Source: a virus (taxonomy: Duplodnaviria; Heunggongvirae; Uroviricota; Caudoviricetes). From it: 64,000 nucleotides of DNA. The translations under genes and the position numbers were made by a program. The notes under the pieces are model-generated. The model was not told the DNA's origin, made no database searches, and was given only the letters and a program-made list of their open reading frames with translations. The stretch lies in the IMG/VR virus record IMGVR_UViG_3300046519_000060, positions 64,001-128,000 of that record; one strand, written 5' to 3'. This document shows, piece after piece, positions 38,111-46,702 of this stretch. Positions within the stretch are counted from its first letter, which is position 1; each line of letters starts with the position of its first letter.

Positions 38111-39769
38111 ATGGAAATCTTCGGTTTCAATATAGGTGGGAAGGGAAAGAAGCTTCAACAGCAAGTTGAACAGAAGCTTCCTTCTTTTGCTGCGCCGGTT
38201 GACGACGATGGTGCTGCTACCGTATCCAATTCGGTAGGTCACTATGGCACATTCCTCGACCTCGATGGTGCTGCTAAGACTGAATCTGAACTGATTTCGC
38301 GGTATCGCGAGACAGCGAAGTATCCTGACTGCGATACTGCAATCGAAGAAGTCTGTTCAGAAGCAATCGCCACTGAGGACGATGAAGAAGTCGTCAAGCT
38401 GAATCTGGATGACGTGGAACTGTCCAAGAACGTGAAGAACATCATCGAAGAAGAATTCGATGAAATTCTGAACCTCTTGGACTTCGATAGCCGTGCTCAT
38501 GACATCTTCCGTCGCTACTACGTGGACGGTCGGATGTACTACCACAAGCTGTTCGACCAAAAGAACCCGTCTGCTGGTATTCAAGAACTGCGCTACATCG
38601 ATCCCCGCAAGATCAAGAAGGTTCGTGAAGTTGAGAAGCAGAAGGACGAGAAATCGGGTGTGGACATCTACACCAAGGTTCTCGAATACTTTGTGTTCTC
38701 TGATAACGGCTTCGCGAGAACACAGGGCTACACTGCCCCAAACAATACTGCTGCTGGTGTGAAGATCGCACCGGAAGCAATCGCATACGTTACGTCCGGT
38801 CTGATCGACTTGGATCGTAACTTGGTTGTTGGTCACTTGGATAAGGCCATCAAGCCGACGAACATGCTTCGTATGGCAGAAGATGCCATGCTGATCTATC
38901 GTTATTCGCGCGCTCCGCAACGACGCGTGTTCTACGTTGATACGGGCAACCTTCCGACCGCCAAGGCTGAACAGTATTTGAAGTCGGTGATGGATCGCTT
39001 CAAGACGAAGATTGTCTACGATGCTTCGTCTGGCGAGATTCGTGATGATCGCAAGCACATGTCGATGATGGAAGATTTTTGGCTTCCGCGTCGTGAAGGT
39101 GGTAACGGTACTCAGGTTGATACCCTTGATGGTGCGCAGAACCAAGGCGCTGTCGAAGAAGTCAACTACTGGCAAAACAAGCTGTACAACGCCCTGAATG
39201 TGCCGTCATCGCGTCTGCAAGGCGGCAACCCGCTGAACTTCGGTCGTCAGATGGAGATTTCACGCGACGAATTGAAGTTTGCCAAGTTCATCGCTCGTCT
39301 GCGTCGCAAGTTCACCGAACTGTTCGATGACTTGCTCAAAACGCAACTGATCCTCAAAGGTATCTGTCTCCCGGAAGATTGGGATTCAATCATCAAGCCG
39401 AAGATCAAGTATGTGTTCGCATCCGACATCTATTGGGCGGAAGCAAAAGAGATTGAGAACCTTCGTAATCGTGTAGAAATCCTGACTGAACTTGATCCGT
39501 ATATCGGCGTGTACTACTCGAAACAGTATGTCCGTCGCAACATCCTGAAACTTTCGGATGACGAGATTGAACAGATTCAGAAGGAAATCGAAACTGAACG
39601 TGAAGAAATGGCTGCTGATGCGGAATTCAAGGGTCAACTGGCCGCTGCACAGGAAATGCCAACGATTCAAGGTCAAGCCGATGTTCAGATGGACAGTGAA
39701 ATGCAGATGATGAAGGCACAAACTGCCCTCATGCCGCCTCAACCGGCTGCATCATCCAAGAAAAAGTAA
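38111..39769 (+). CDS. gp20: Portal vertex protein gp20
   Basis: FRRYYVDGR; RAPQRRVFYVDTGNLP; MEDFWLPRREGG.GT; RDELKF. Confidence 0.96.
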   Translation: MEIFGFNIGGKGKKLQQQVEQKLPSFAAPVDDDGAATVSNSVGHYGTFLDLDGAAKTESELISRYRETAKYPDCDTAIEEVCSEAIATEDDEEVVKLNLDDVELSKNVKNIIEEEFDEILNLLDFDSRAHDIFRRYYVDGRMYYHKLFDQKNPSAGIQELRYIDPRKIKKVREVEKQKDEKSGVDIYTKVLEYFVFSDNGFARTQGYTAPNNTAAGVKIAPEAIAYVTSGLIDLDRNLVVGHLDKAIKPTNMLRMAEDAMLIYRYSRAPQRRVFYVDTGNLPTAKAEQYLKSVMDRFKTKIVYDASSGEIRDDRKHMSMMEDFWLPRREGGNGTQVDTLDGAQNQGAVEEVNYWQNKLYNALNVPSSRLQGGNPLNFGRQMEISRDELKFAKFIARLRRKFTELFDDLLKTQLILKGICLPEDWDSIIKPKIKYVFASDIYWAEAKEIENLRNRVEILTELDPYIGVYYSKQYVRRNILKLSDDEIEQIQKEIETEREEMAADAEFKGQLAAAQEMPTIQGQADVQMDSEMQMMKAQTALMPPQPAASSKKK

Positions 39770-39774
39770 CCAAC

Positions 39775-39804
39775 TCCCGATCAGGGTAAATATTCTGATC
39801 GGGA
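39775..39804 (+). promoter_or_regulatory. Late promoter in the loop of a 10-bp hairpin
   Basis: TCCCGATCAG-ggTAAATAtt-CTGATCGGGA, just upstream of the RBS of ORF 39821. Confidence 0.65.
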
Positions 39805-39820
39805 CTACTAAGGATCAAAC

Positions 39821-40255
39821 ATGAATACGGAAGAAATTATCGCTCTGGGCGAATCAAACGGCTACTCGGGTGAATTCACGACTGTCAATGAAATCACCGG
39901 ATACCATCAGCACGGCGATGATGTCATTGCAACGAGCGGTAGTGGCTGGAAAGTTGGCACTAAGAAAGGTGCTGATGGTCGCTATGACCATGATTCGGCT
40001 GCGCACTTCGATGACCTCGAATCGGCCAAGAAGTTTATCGATGGCGGCAAGAAAGGATCGTATAAGAATCACAAGGGCGAAACCTGCACCAATGAATCGG
40101 TTGTTCAGGAATCGTTTATTGACCTGATGCTGTCGGATAAGGTTGCTGCCGAAGCGCGGTTCCGCCAAATGATGTCAGAGAAGGTTCAAGCTGCACTCGG
40201 CGCACGGCGCATCGAGATTGCACAAACCCTCTACTCTCGCGTTAAAGGTGCGTAA
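39821..40255 (+). CDS. Prohead core protein gp67-like with N-terminal insertion
   Basis: Position after gp20. C-terminal FIDLML..K...A...F..MM..KV..AL..RRIEIA resembles gp67-type core proteins. Confidence 0.55.
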   Translation: MNTEEIIALGESNGYSGEFTTVNEITGYHQHGDDVIATSGSGWKVGTKKGADGRYDHDSAAHFDDLESAKKFIDGGKKGSYKNHKGETCTNESVVQESFIDLMLSDKVAAEARFRQMMSEKVQAALGARRIEIAQTLYSRVKGA

Positions 40256-40845
40256 TGGACTTCGCCCAATTCCGCGCACAGAATGCGGCGCAAGCGCCCG
40301 CTAAGAAAGATGATAAGTGCTGCGATCCGGCGAATTCCGAAGTCAATGCAACCCCGGAAGCTGAGAAGGAACACCAGAACAAAGCCCTGCTGAAAATGAA
40401 GGGTGATACGGTCTGGATTCCCAAGCTTCCGAAGGTTCCGGGACTGAGTGAAGCTAAGACGCATCACAAGGTAAGAATTCACTTCGGCAGTGGCAAGTCG
40501 GAAATCCGTATGGTGGATGATGAAGAACTTGGCGCATTGCGTCGGTCGGGTCACATCACCAAGGTATTCAACCTCGCTGAAATGAAGCAAGGTGTTGAGT
40601 ATGCCTACGATGTTCCCGCATTGTTCGAAGAAGCTTGTGCTATGCAAGACAAGCACACGGTTCACTACAAGCACAAAGACGGTAGCACTGCCTACATGAT
40701 GACTCACAAGTACAAAGACCCGTCACTTGGCGAAGATCACTACGTCCACTTCTCGAAGGGCCGTGGTGCGGTCTACTCGAATGACGAAGGTAAGGCCAAG
40801 GGTCTGCGTCTGTTGAAGCGTCTCGGCTACAAAGCAAAGGAATAA
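40255..40845 (+). CDS. Putative prohead core/internal protein (gp68 position)
   Basis: Position between the gp67-like gene and gp21; several xxE candidate cleavage sites; His-rich. Confidence 0.45.
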   Translation: MDFAQFRAQNAAQAPAKKDDKCCDPANSEVNATPEAEKEHQNKALLKMKGDTVWIPKLPKVPGLSEAKTHHKVRIHFGSGKSEIRMVDDEELGALRRSGHITKVFNLAEMKQGVEYAYDVPALFEEACAMQDKHTVHYKHKDGSTAYMMTHKYKDPSLGEDHYVHFSKGRGAVYSNDEGKAKGLRLLKRLGYKAKE

Positions 40846-40848
40846 TCC

Positions 40849-41235
40849 ATGACTGCACTCGTTCAAACAGTACTCAAAAATACCCATACAGAGGCAGTCG
40901 TGAAGATTACCGGTACGGGTACGGCGACTATCGCGTTGGCGTCGCTGGCGCTGGCGGATGAAACGTATACGGCGGCACAAGCCAACGTCACGATCCGCAA
41001 GGCATACGTCTCTGCCCCACCGACACAAGCGACGAAGGTCACTCGCAATTCGGTTGACGTGCTTCAATTGTTTGGCACTACTACCGTTTATGACGAAGGC
41101 TACGTTGTTGGCGATCAAGCTTCAAAAGACATCACGGTGACGACTGCTGGTGATGGAACTGTCATCCTCTCGCTGCGTAAGACTGGTGGTTTCGACTTCC
41201 CGTACCGCGCAGAAGTCCTCACAAATGGTGCATAA
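40849..41235 (+). CDS. Conserved hypothetical protein upstream of the prohead protease
   Basis: 128-aa beta-rich ORF in the head operon. Confidence 0.7.
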   Translation: MTALVQTVLKNTHTEAVVKITGTGTATIALASLALADETYTAAQANVTIRKAYVSAPPTQATKVTRNSVDVLQLFGTTTVYDEGYVVGDQASKDITVTTAGDGTVILSLRKTGGFDFPYRAEVLTNGA

Positions 41236-41237
41236 GT

Positions 41238-41894
41238 ATGAAGCTGATTACTGAACTGTACGACGATGTTGAACATGTGCTTGAAGAAGGCACTGGCGAC
41301 AAGAAAGACCTGTATATCAAGGGTATTTTCGCGCAAGCCAACATCGTCAACCGCAACAAGCGGAACTATCCGAAAGCACACATGGAATCGGCTATTCGCG
41401 AATACGTCGAAAACTATGTGAATAAGAATGCTGCCCTTGGCGAACTTAATCACCCGCAACGGATGCAAGTTGATCCTGAACGGGCCTGTATGTTGATTAA
41501 GGAAATGTATTGGGATGGCAACAACGTGATCGGCAAGGCGAAGGTTCTGTCCGAAGGCGTTGGACGTGTTGTGCGTGGCCTGATTCTTGATGGCGTGCGC
41601 GTTGGTGTTTCTACTCGCGGCGGTGCTTCTGTGTCTCTGCGTGAAGGCATTACATATGTTGGCCCTGACCTTCGATTCTCTGCTGTTGACGTGGTGACTG
41701 ATCCTAGTGGTCCTGATTGCTTCGTGAACGGCATCATGGAAGGTGTCGAGTGGATTTGTGAGTCAGGTGTCTGGCGTATGGAAACCATCGAACAAGCCCG
41801 CGACAAGATCATTGAGACTCCCGCTGCGAAGATTCCCCAAATGACTATCGAAGTCTGGGAAAGCTTCCTCGGAAAGCTTCAACACATCAAGTAA
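41238..41894 (+). CDS. gp21: Prohead core protease gp21
   Basis: MKLITE; YIKGIFAQA...NRN.R.YP; LGELNHP; GVSTRG; D.V.DPS.P..FV.GIME. Confidence 0.96.
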   Translation: MKLITELYDDVEHVLEEGTGDKKDLYIKGIFAQANIVNRNKRNYPKAHMESAIREYVENYVNKNAALGELNHPQRMQVDPERACMLIKEMYWDGNNVIGKAKVLSEGVGRVVRGLILDGVRVGVSTRGGASVSLREGITYVGPDLRFSAVDVVTDPSGPDCFVNGIMEGVEWICESGVWRMETIEQARDKIIETPAAKIPQMTIEVWESFLGKLQHIK

Positions 41895-41913
41895 TCTCAA
41901 AAATTTGCTTTTA

Positions 41914-41920
41914 CTAAATA
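41914..41920 (+). promoter_or_regulatory. Late promoter
   Basis: CTAAATA upstream of gp22. Confidence 0.75.
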
Positions 41921-41958
41921 ATATGTAATTGGTAAAAGCCTTACCCAAAGGATACAGA

Positions 41959-42927
41959 ATGTCACTCGAAAAGAAGATCAACAAGCTGTTGGCCGAACGT
42001 GCCACGCTTCCGATCAGCAACATGGATAACGGCGACAAAGCCCCGATCCCCGCTGGTTCCTCACAAAAAGCTGAGTACAGCGAACTGTCGAAAGACATCA
42101 AGGGCGATGAAGCTGCTGCACCGGTCGCACCGGCAGAAGCACAAGCGGCCCTCGCGTTGAAGGGCGACCCGACAAAGGTCACGACGCAAGCGCAAGATGA
42201 TGCACTCGAAGGTACGGACATCGCTGCACTGTTCGCAGGTATGGAACTGGCAGAAGGTTTCGCTGAGAAGGCAACCGGCCTGTTCGAAGCTGCTGTTGTG
42301 GCGCGTGTAAATAGTGAAGTGGATAAGGCAGTTGCAAAGCTGACCGAAGCCCATGAAGCTGAACTCACCGCGACCAAGGCGAAGCTGTCGGAAGATGTCG
42401 ATGCCTACCTGTCGTATGTTGTCGAATCGTGGATGAAGGAAAACCAACTGTCGGTTGACGCTGGTCTGCGTACCGAAGTTGCTGAATCGTTCATCGCTGG
42501 TCTGAAAGACCTGTTCGTTGAGAACTACATCGAAGTCCCGGAAGACAAGGTTCAAGTCGTTGAATCGCTTTCGCAGGAAGTCGAAGTCACCAAATCGCGT
42601 CTGAATGAAGAAATCGAGAAGTCGATTGCTCTGTCAGACAAGATCGTTAAACTCGAAAAGCAAGCCGTGCTGGAACAAGCTTCGAAGTCCCTGACTGTTA
42701 CGGATTCCGAACGTCTGTCCCGTCTGGTCGAAGGCGTAGAGTTTGACAATAAAGAAGCCTTTGCAGAGAAGGTTGCAGTCATCAAGGAAGCCCACTTCAA
42801 GGTGCAACCGAAAAAGTCTGCTGAGACGCTTCTGGCAGAGCAAGCCGGTCAAGGTAACGAAACGAAGGAAGTGTCCCCGCAAGTTTCGCGTTACGTGTCC
42901 GCTCTCAATCGTAATTCCAAGTTTTAA
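41959..42927 (+). CDS. gp22: Prohead scaffolding core protein gp22
   Basis: F.EKA..LFEAAV; VDAYLSYVVE.WM.EN...V..GL.TE.AESF..GLK.LF.E.YI.VP. ATG at 41959. Confidence 0.93.
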   Translation: MSLEKKINKLLAERATLPISNMDNGDKAPIPAGSSQKAEYSELSKDIKGDEAAAPVAPAEAQAALALKGDPTKVTTQAQDDALEGTDIAALFAGMELAEGFAEKATGLFEAAVVARVNSEVDKAVAKLTEAHEAELTATKAKLSEDVDAYLSYVVESWMKENQLSVDAGLRTEVAESFIAGLKDLFVENYIEVPEDKVQVVESLSQEVEVTKSRLNEEIEKSIALSDKIVKLEKQAVLEQASKSLTVTDSERLSRLVEGVEFDNKEAFAEKVAVIKEAHFKVQPKKSAETLLAEQAGQGNETKEVSPQVSRYVSALNRNSKF

Positions 42928-42950
42928 TACATTCTGAAAATATCTGTTTG

Positions 42951-42958
42951 TATAAATA
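42951..42958 (+). promoter_or_regulatory. Late promoter (exact T4 consensus)
   Basis: TATAAATA upstream of gp23. Confidence 0.85.
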
Positions 42959-42994
42959 ACTAGGTAAAGCTTAAAATCCATCTTAGGAGTACTA

Positions 42995-44323
42995 ATGTTT
43001 AATCTCTCTGAATCAGTCAGCGCGAAGTGGAACCCGGTGCTGGACGCAGAAGGCGTTGCCCCGATCCGTGATGCACACAAGCGTGCTGTTGTCACGAAGC
43101 TGCTGGAAAACCAAGAACAGGACATGCTCAAAGAGCGCCAAGCCCTGTTTGAAGATGCACCTACCAACAACATCGGCGCTGGTTCCGATTCGAACGGTAT
43201 TGCTAAGTTCGACCCGATCCTGATTTCGCTGGTCCGTCGCGCTATGCCGCAACTGATGGCGTATGACGTTTGTGGCGTGCAACCGATGTCGGGTCCGACT
43301 GGCCTGATCTTCGCGATGCGTTCGAACTACGGCACTGACCGTAACATGGCGACGCGTAACGAAGCGTTCATCAACGACGCAAACAGCGCATTCTCGGGCG
43401 GCGGTTCGCAAGCTGGTACGAACCCGGCTGTTCTGAATGACGCAACGCCGGGTACGTACACACGCGGTACGGGTATCTCGACGGGTCAAGCAGAAGCCCT
43501 CGGTACGCAAGGCGGCGGCACGTTCGGTGAAATGAACTTCACCATCGAAAAGACGACTGTCACGGCGAAGTCGCGTGCTCTGAAAGCTGAGTACACCATC
43601 GAACTCGCACAAGACTTGAAGGCTGTCCACGGTCTTGACGCAGAAGGCGAACTCTCGAACATCCTTTCGCAAGAAATCATGTTCGAACTGAACCGTGAAG
43701 TCATCCGCACGATCTACACGGTGGCGAAGAAGGGTTCGCTGACGACCACGACTCCGGGCGTGTTTGACCTTGACGTTGACGCGAATGGCCGTTGGTCGGT
43801 GGAACGCTTCAAGGGTCTTCTGTTCCAAATGGAACGTGATGCGAACGTGATCGCGCAAGACACCCGCCGTGGTAAGGGTAACTTCATCATCTGTTCCGCT
43901 GACGTTGCTTCGGCACTGGCGATGGCAGGTGTTCTCGATACCGGTCGTGCTCTGCAAGGCCAAGACGCTCTGCAAGTTGATGACACTGGCAACACGTTTG
44001 CTGGCGTGCTCAACGGCAAGTTGAAGGTCTACATCGACCCGTATTCGGCAAACCTCGGCGCAAGCGAGCAGTTCTATGTCGTTGGCTACAAGGGCGCGAA
44101 TGCTTACGATGCTGGTCTGTTCTACGCACCGTACATCCCGCTGCAAATGATGCGCGCTGTTGATCCGCAGTCCTTCCAACCGAAGATTGCGTTCAAGACA
44201 CGTTACGGCATGATCGCTAACCCGTTCGTGACTGGCGTTGATGGCCGTACCCCGGACGCTGACGCGTTCACGGCTGGTCGCAACCAGTACTACCGCCGTT
44301 CGTCGGTGCTGAACCTGATGTAA
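42995..44323 (+). CDS. gp23: Major capsid protein gp23
   Basis: KWNPVL; LISLVRRAMP; VQPMSGPTGLIFAMR; AKSRALKAEYT.ELAQDLKAVHGLDAE; FQPKI.FKTRYG. Confidence 0.98.
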   Translation: MFNLSESVSAKWNPVLDAEGVAPIRDAHKRAVVTKLLENQEQDMLKERQALFEDAPTNNIGAGSDSNGIAKFDPILISLVRRAMPQLMAYDVCGVQPMSGPTGLIFAMRSNYGTDRNMATRNEAFINDANSAFSGGGSQAGTNPAVLNDATPGTYTRGTGISTGQAEALGTQGGGTFGEMNFTIEKTTVTAKSRALKAEYTIELAQDLKAVHGLDAEGELSNILSQEIMFELNREVIRTIYTVAKKGSLTTTTPGVFDLDVDANGRWSVERFKGLLFQMERDANVIAQDTRRGKGNFIICSADVASALAMAGVLDTGRALQGQDALQVDDTGNTFAGVLNGKLKVYIDPYSANLGASEQFYVVGYKGANAYDAGLFYAPYIPLQMMRAVDPQSFQPKIAFKTRYGMIANPFVTGVDGRTPDADAFTAGRNQYYRRSSVLNLM

Positions 44324-44393
44324 TTTGTCGGAGTCCTTCGGGACTCCTGATGAAGTACCAAGTTCCAGAACAAGAACATTAGCTGTACCTTTC

Positions 44394-44419
44394 AGACCTC
44401 GCTTCGGCGGGGTCTTTTT
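44394..44419 (+). terminator. Intrinsic terminator after gp23
   Basis: AGACCTCGC-TTCG-GCGGGGTCT followed by a T run. Confidence 0.85.
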
Positions 44420-44430
44420 ATTTGTGCTTC

Positions 44431-44437
44431 CTAAATA
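44431..44437 (+). promoter_or_regulatory. Late promoter
   Basis: CTAAATA upstream of gp3. Confidence 0.75.
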
Positions 44438-44465
44438 GTTGACCACAACTATACCCTGTCGGATC

Positions 44466-45011
44466 ATGGCTGATAATTCAAGCGCCTCATACAACCGTCC
44501 ACAGTTGGGTATCAAGCCCCAACACTTCTATTTCAATGTCCCGATGCTGCCGGATGTCACGTTCTCCGTGCAGTCGGCAGTCGTCCCGTCCGTCACTCTG
44601 GGCGTTGCTGGTTACGACAACCCGATGCAGGAAGTGAACCTTCCGGGTGAGAAGTTGAAGTACGAATCGCTGCGCATGACGCTGATGATGGACGAAGAAT
44701 TCCGCACCTACACGCAGCTTTACGGGTGGATGCGTGACCTCGCCTTCCCCGACAACAGACCGGACCTTGCATCCAAGGCATGGTTGAAGAACATGCGCCC
44801 GCCGCTGTACGACGACCCGCTGATGCCGATGACGGACTGCAACCTGATGGTCAACGATAGCAACAACAACCCTATCGTCTCGTTCACCTTCCGCTTCGCC
44901 TTCCCAATCTACATCGGGGAACTGCAATTCGACACGACAGAGGATGGCGAACCGTTCATGAAATACGATGTCGAATTTGCCTACACCTATTTCACGGTTG
45001 ACACTCCTTGA
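44466..45011 (+). CDS. gp3: Tail completion/tube terminator gp3
   Basis: P.V.F.VQS...P.V.LG; PG.KL.Y..L...L..DE....Y...Y.W; F..AFP...G.L.FD. Follows gp23. Confidence 0.88.
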   Translation: MADNSSASYNRPQLGIKPQHFYFNVPMLPDVTFSVQSAVVPSVTLGVAGYDNPMQEVNLPGEKLKYESLRMTLMMDEEFRTYTQLYGWMRDLAFPDNRPDLASKAWLKNMRPPLYDDPLMPMTDCNLMVNDSNNNPIVSFTFRFAFPIYIGELQFDTTEDGEPFMKYDVEFAYTYFTVDTP

Positions 45012-45034
45012 CACTCCTTGACACTCCTTGACAC
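44998..45034 (+). repeat. Tandem 10-bp repeat (TTGACACTCC)x3 + TTGACAC
   Basis: Read directly; overlaps the gp3 stop codon and the uvsY promoter -35. Confidence 0.95.
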
Positions 45035-45056
45035 GAATTCCCAGACGTGTTAGAAT
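45028..45056 (+). promoter_or_regulatory. sigma70-type promoter for uvsY
   Basis: TTGACA-N17-TAGAAT. Confidence 0.8.
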
Positions 45057-45083
45057 GCGTGTGTAACTTGTGGAATAAGTCTA

Positions 45084-45524
45084 ATGAAACTCAGTGAAGT
45101 CCAAGAAGAATGGGAAGCCGATTCACGGATCAATCGAACCGACCTCGGGAATGAATCGCTCCGCACCCCGATGCTGCACAGCAAGTACCTGAACAAGCTG
45201 TCGAACGTCAAGCTGCTGGTCCGCAAGGCCGAAGCTGACTATCTGACGATGCGTAAGGACAAGTACCGATATTTCAAGGGCGAACTGACCCGGCAAGAAC
45301 TGGCTGACCGTGGCTGGCATCAGTACCAAGGTCGGGTTCCCCTGAAAAGCGAAATGGAAGAATACCTGACGACTGACGGAGACATGATCCGCCTGACGGA
45401 CAAGTTGGAATTCCTCAAAACCGTTCAGTTCACTCTCGAACAAATCATGAAGGCCATCGGTCAGCGTGGTTGGGACATCAAATCTGCGATTGAGTGGGAA
45501 AAGATGCAGAACGGCATCGTCTAA
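45084..45524 (+). CDS. uvsY: Recombination mediator UvsY
   Basis: W..DS.I...L..ES...P.LHSKYL; K..YF.GE; I..RGW.IK.AI.W.K..NG. Confidence 0.93.
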   Translation: MKLSEVQEEWEADSRINRTDLGNESLRTPMLHSKYLNKLSNVKLLVRKAEADYLTMRKDKYRYFKGELTRQELADRGWHQYQGRVPLKSEMEEYLTTDGDMIRLTDKLEFLKTVQFTLEQIMKAIGQRGWDIKSAIEWEKMQNGIV

Positions 45525-45546
45525 GTGTGTGGTACGCAACATAGCA

Positions 45547-45590
45547 AAACCCTAGCAAGTCTTTGATTTGTCTAGGGTTTTTGTTTTTAT
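45547..45590 (+). terminator. Intrinsic terminator after uvsY
   Basis: AAACCCTAG...CTAGGGTTT stem followed by a T-rich tail. Confidence 0.65.
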
Positions 45591-45702
45591 GGATTAAATC
45601 AAGTCCGGTTTTCCGTGAAAGTAGTTGACTTCGAGTAGTCGGTTTGTTACAGTTGTCAACAAGGTAGCCAGATGGCTAAACCACTGAAACGGAGATTGAT
45701 TC

Positions 45703-46563
45703 ATGGCAACGACCCCACAACAAAACAATACACCGGCAACAACCGGGAAGAACACGGTGATGCGCCCCCTGAACATCGTTACGCGTTCGGTTGGCGGCAA
45801 CACCAAACAGGCCGGTCAACCGGCCATCACGATCAAGAAGCGTGCGAAGCGTCAGCTTTCACAGGCTGCTATCGCCAAGCAACTCGCACAGGCTGAACAG
45901 GCCCAGAAGCGGGCAGACAATGCGGCACGACGCAAACGTGAGGCCGAAGAAGCCGAACGCAAGGCGCTTGCCGCCGCAGAAGCGAATCGTCAGGAAGCTG
46001 AACGTCTCGAACGTGAGGCACAGGAAGCGGAACTGCGTGCGCAACGTGAAGCGGAAGAACAAGAGGCCATCCGTCAGGATTCGGTTTCGAAGCCGTCCAC
46101 GGTTCATGCGGTCCCGATGACACCCGACATTGAAGTGACCTTGAAGCGAATCAAGCGTGATTTCGAGACGTTCTTCAAGGACATCGAAGGTAAGTACGGG
46201 TATCACTTCCAGTGGTCCAACACGGATACGGTCAGCGGCGAACCGACACTGGTCAAGCGTGGCTTCGTGGCGATCCGCATTCGTGGTGATGTCCCGACAG
46301 AGAAGCGGGCAATCGCGACGCCTACGACCGATCTGGCCGCACAGCGAAGCGAATTGCGGTTCATGAAGTTCCACAAAGACCTCGGCCTGAACCCCGGTCT
46401 GCTGAACAAGGAAGTGCGTATCAAGGATGACAACAATACGTACATCTTCTCCGGTCTGCGCGGCAAGGCAAACTCGATTGTCCTGAAACGTAAGGATAAC
46501 GGGGACTTGTTCCTTGTGCCGAACGAGGACTTCAAGAAGATACTTGATAAGCACGCTATCTGA
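45703..46563 (+). CDS. Hypothetical early protein with basic N-terminus, coiled coil and globular C-terminal domain
   Basis: 286-aa ORF. Upstream TTGACT-N17-TACAGT and a downstream terminator make it monocistronic. Confidence 0.8.
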   Translation: MATTPQQNNTPATTGKNTVMRPLNIVTRSVGGNTKQAGQPAITIKKRAKRQLSQAAIAKQLAQAEQAQKRADNAARRKREAEEAERKALAAAEANRQEAERLEREAQEAELRAQREAEEQEAIRQDSVSKPSTVHAVPMTPDIEVTLKRIKRDFETFFKDIEGKYGYHFQWSNTDTVSGEPTLVKRGFVAIRIRGDVPTEKRAIATPTTDLAAQRSELRFMKFHKDLGLNPGLLNKEVRIKDDNNTYIFSGLRGKANSIVLKRKDNGDLFLVPNEDFKKILDKHAI

Positions 46564-46630
46564 CGGTATTCTTCTGACCGTGGATTGGTCCTGATCCGGT
46601 CCACGTCCCAGAAGGAAGTTGTTGGCCTAA

Positions 46631-46666
46631 CGGCGTGATAGTTCCCCTGTCACGCCGTATTTTTTT
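46631..46666 (+). terminator. Intrinsic terminator
   Basis: CGGCGTGATAG...CTGTCACGCCG followed by TATTTTTTT. Confidence 0.8.
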
Positions 46667-46671
46667 GGATT

Positions 46672-46678
46672 CTAAATA
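46672..46678 (+). promoter_or_regulatory. Late promoter for the ART pair
   Basis: CTAAATA immediately after the terminator, upstream of a GGAG RBS and the ATG at 46703. Confidence 0.8.
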
Positions 46679-46702
46679 TTGACATATTCCTCGGAGTGCG
46701 CT

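Noticed and set aside
44347-44400. CTGATGA next to a hairpin, suggesting a hammerhead ribozyme
   Set aside because: No GAAA core or stem II/III pairing at the required positions.
43013-44515. 500-aa antisense ORF over gp23, and similar long antisense ORFs (23652-25082, 35929-36948, 11247-12083, 38357-39175)
   Set aside because: Shadow frames of strongly codon-biased genes; no RBS or promoter and no recognisable motifs.
44998-45034. Short direct repeats as a possible CRISPR-like array
   Set aside because: The 10-bp units are contiguous with no spacers. No CRISPR array was seen anywhere in the window.
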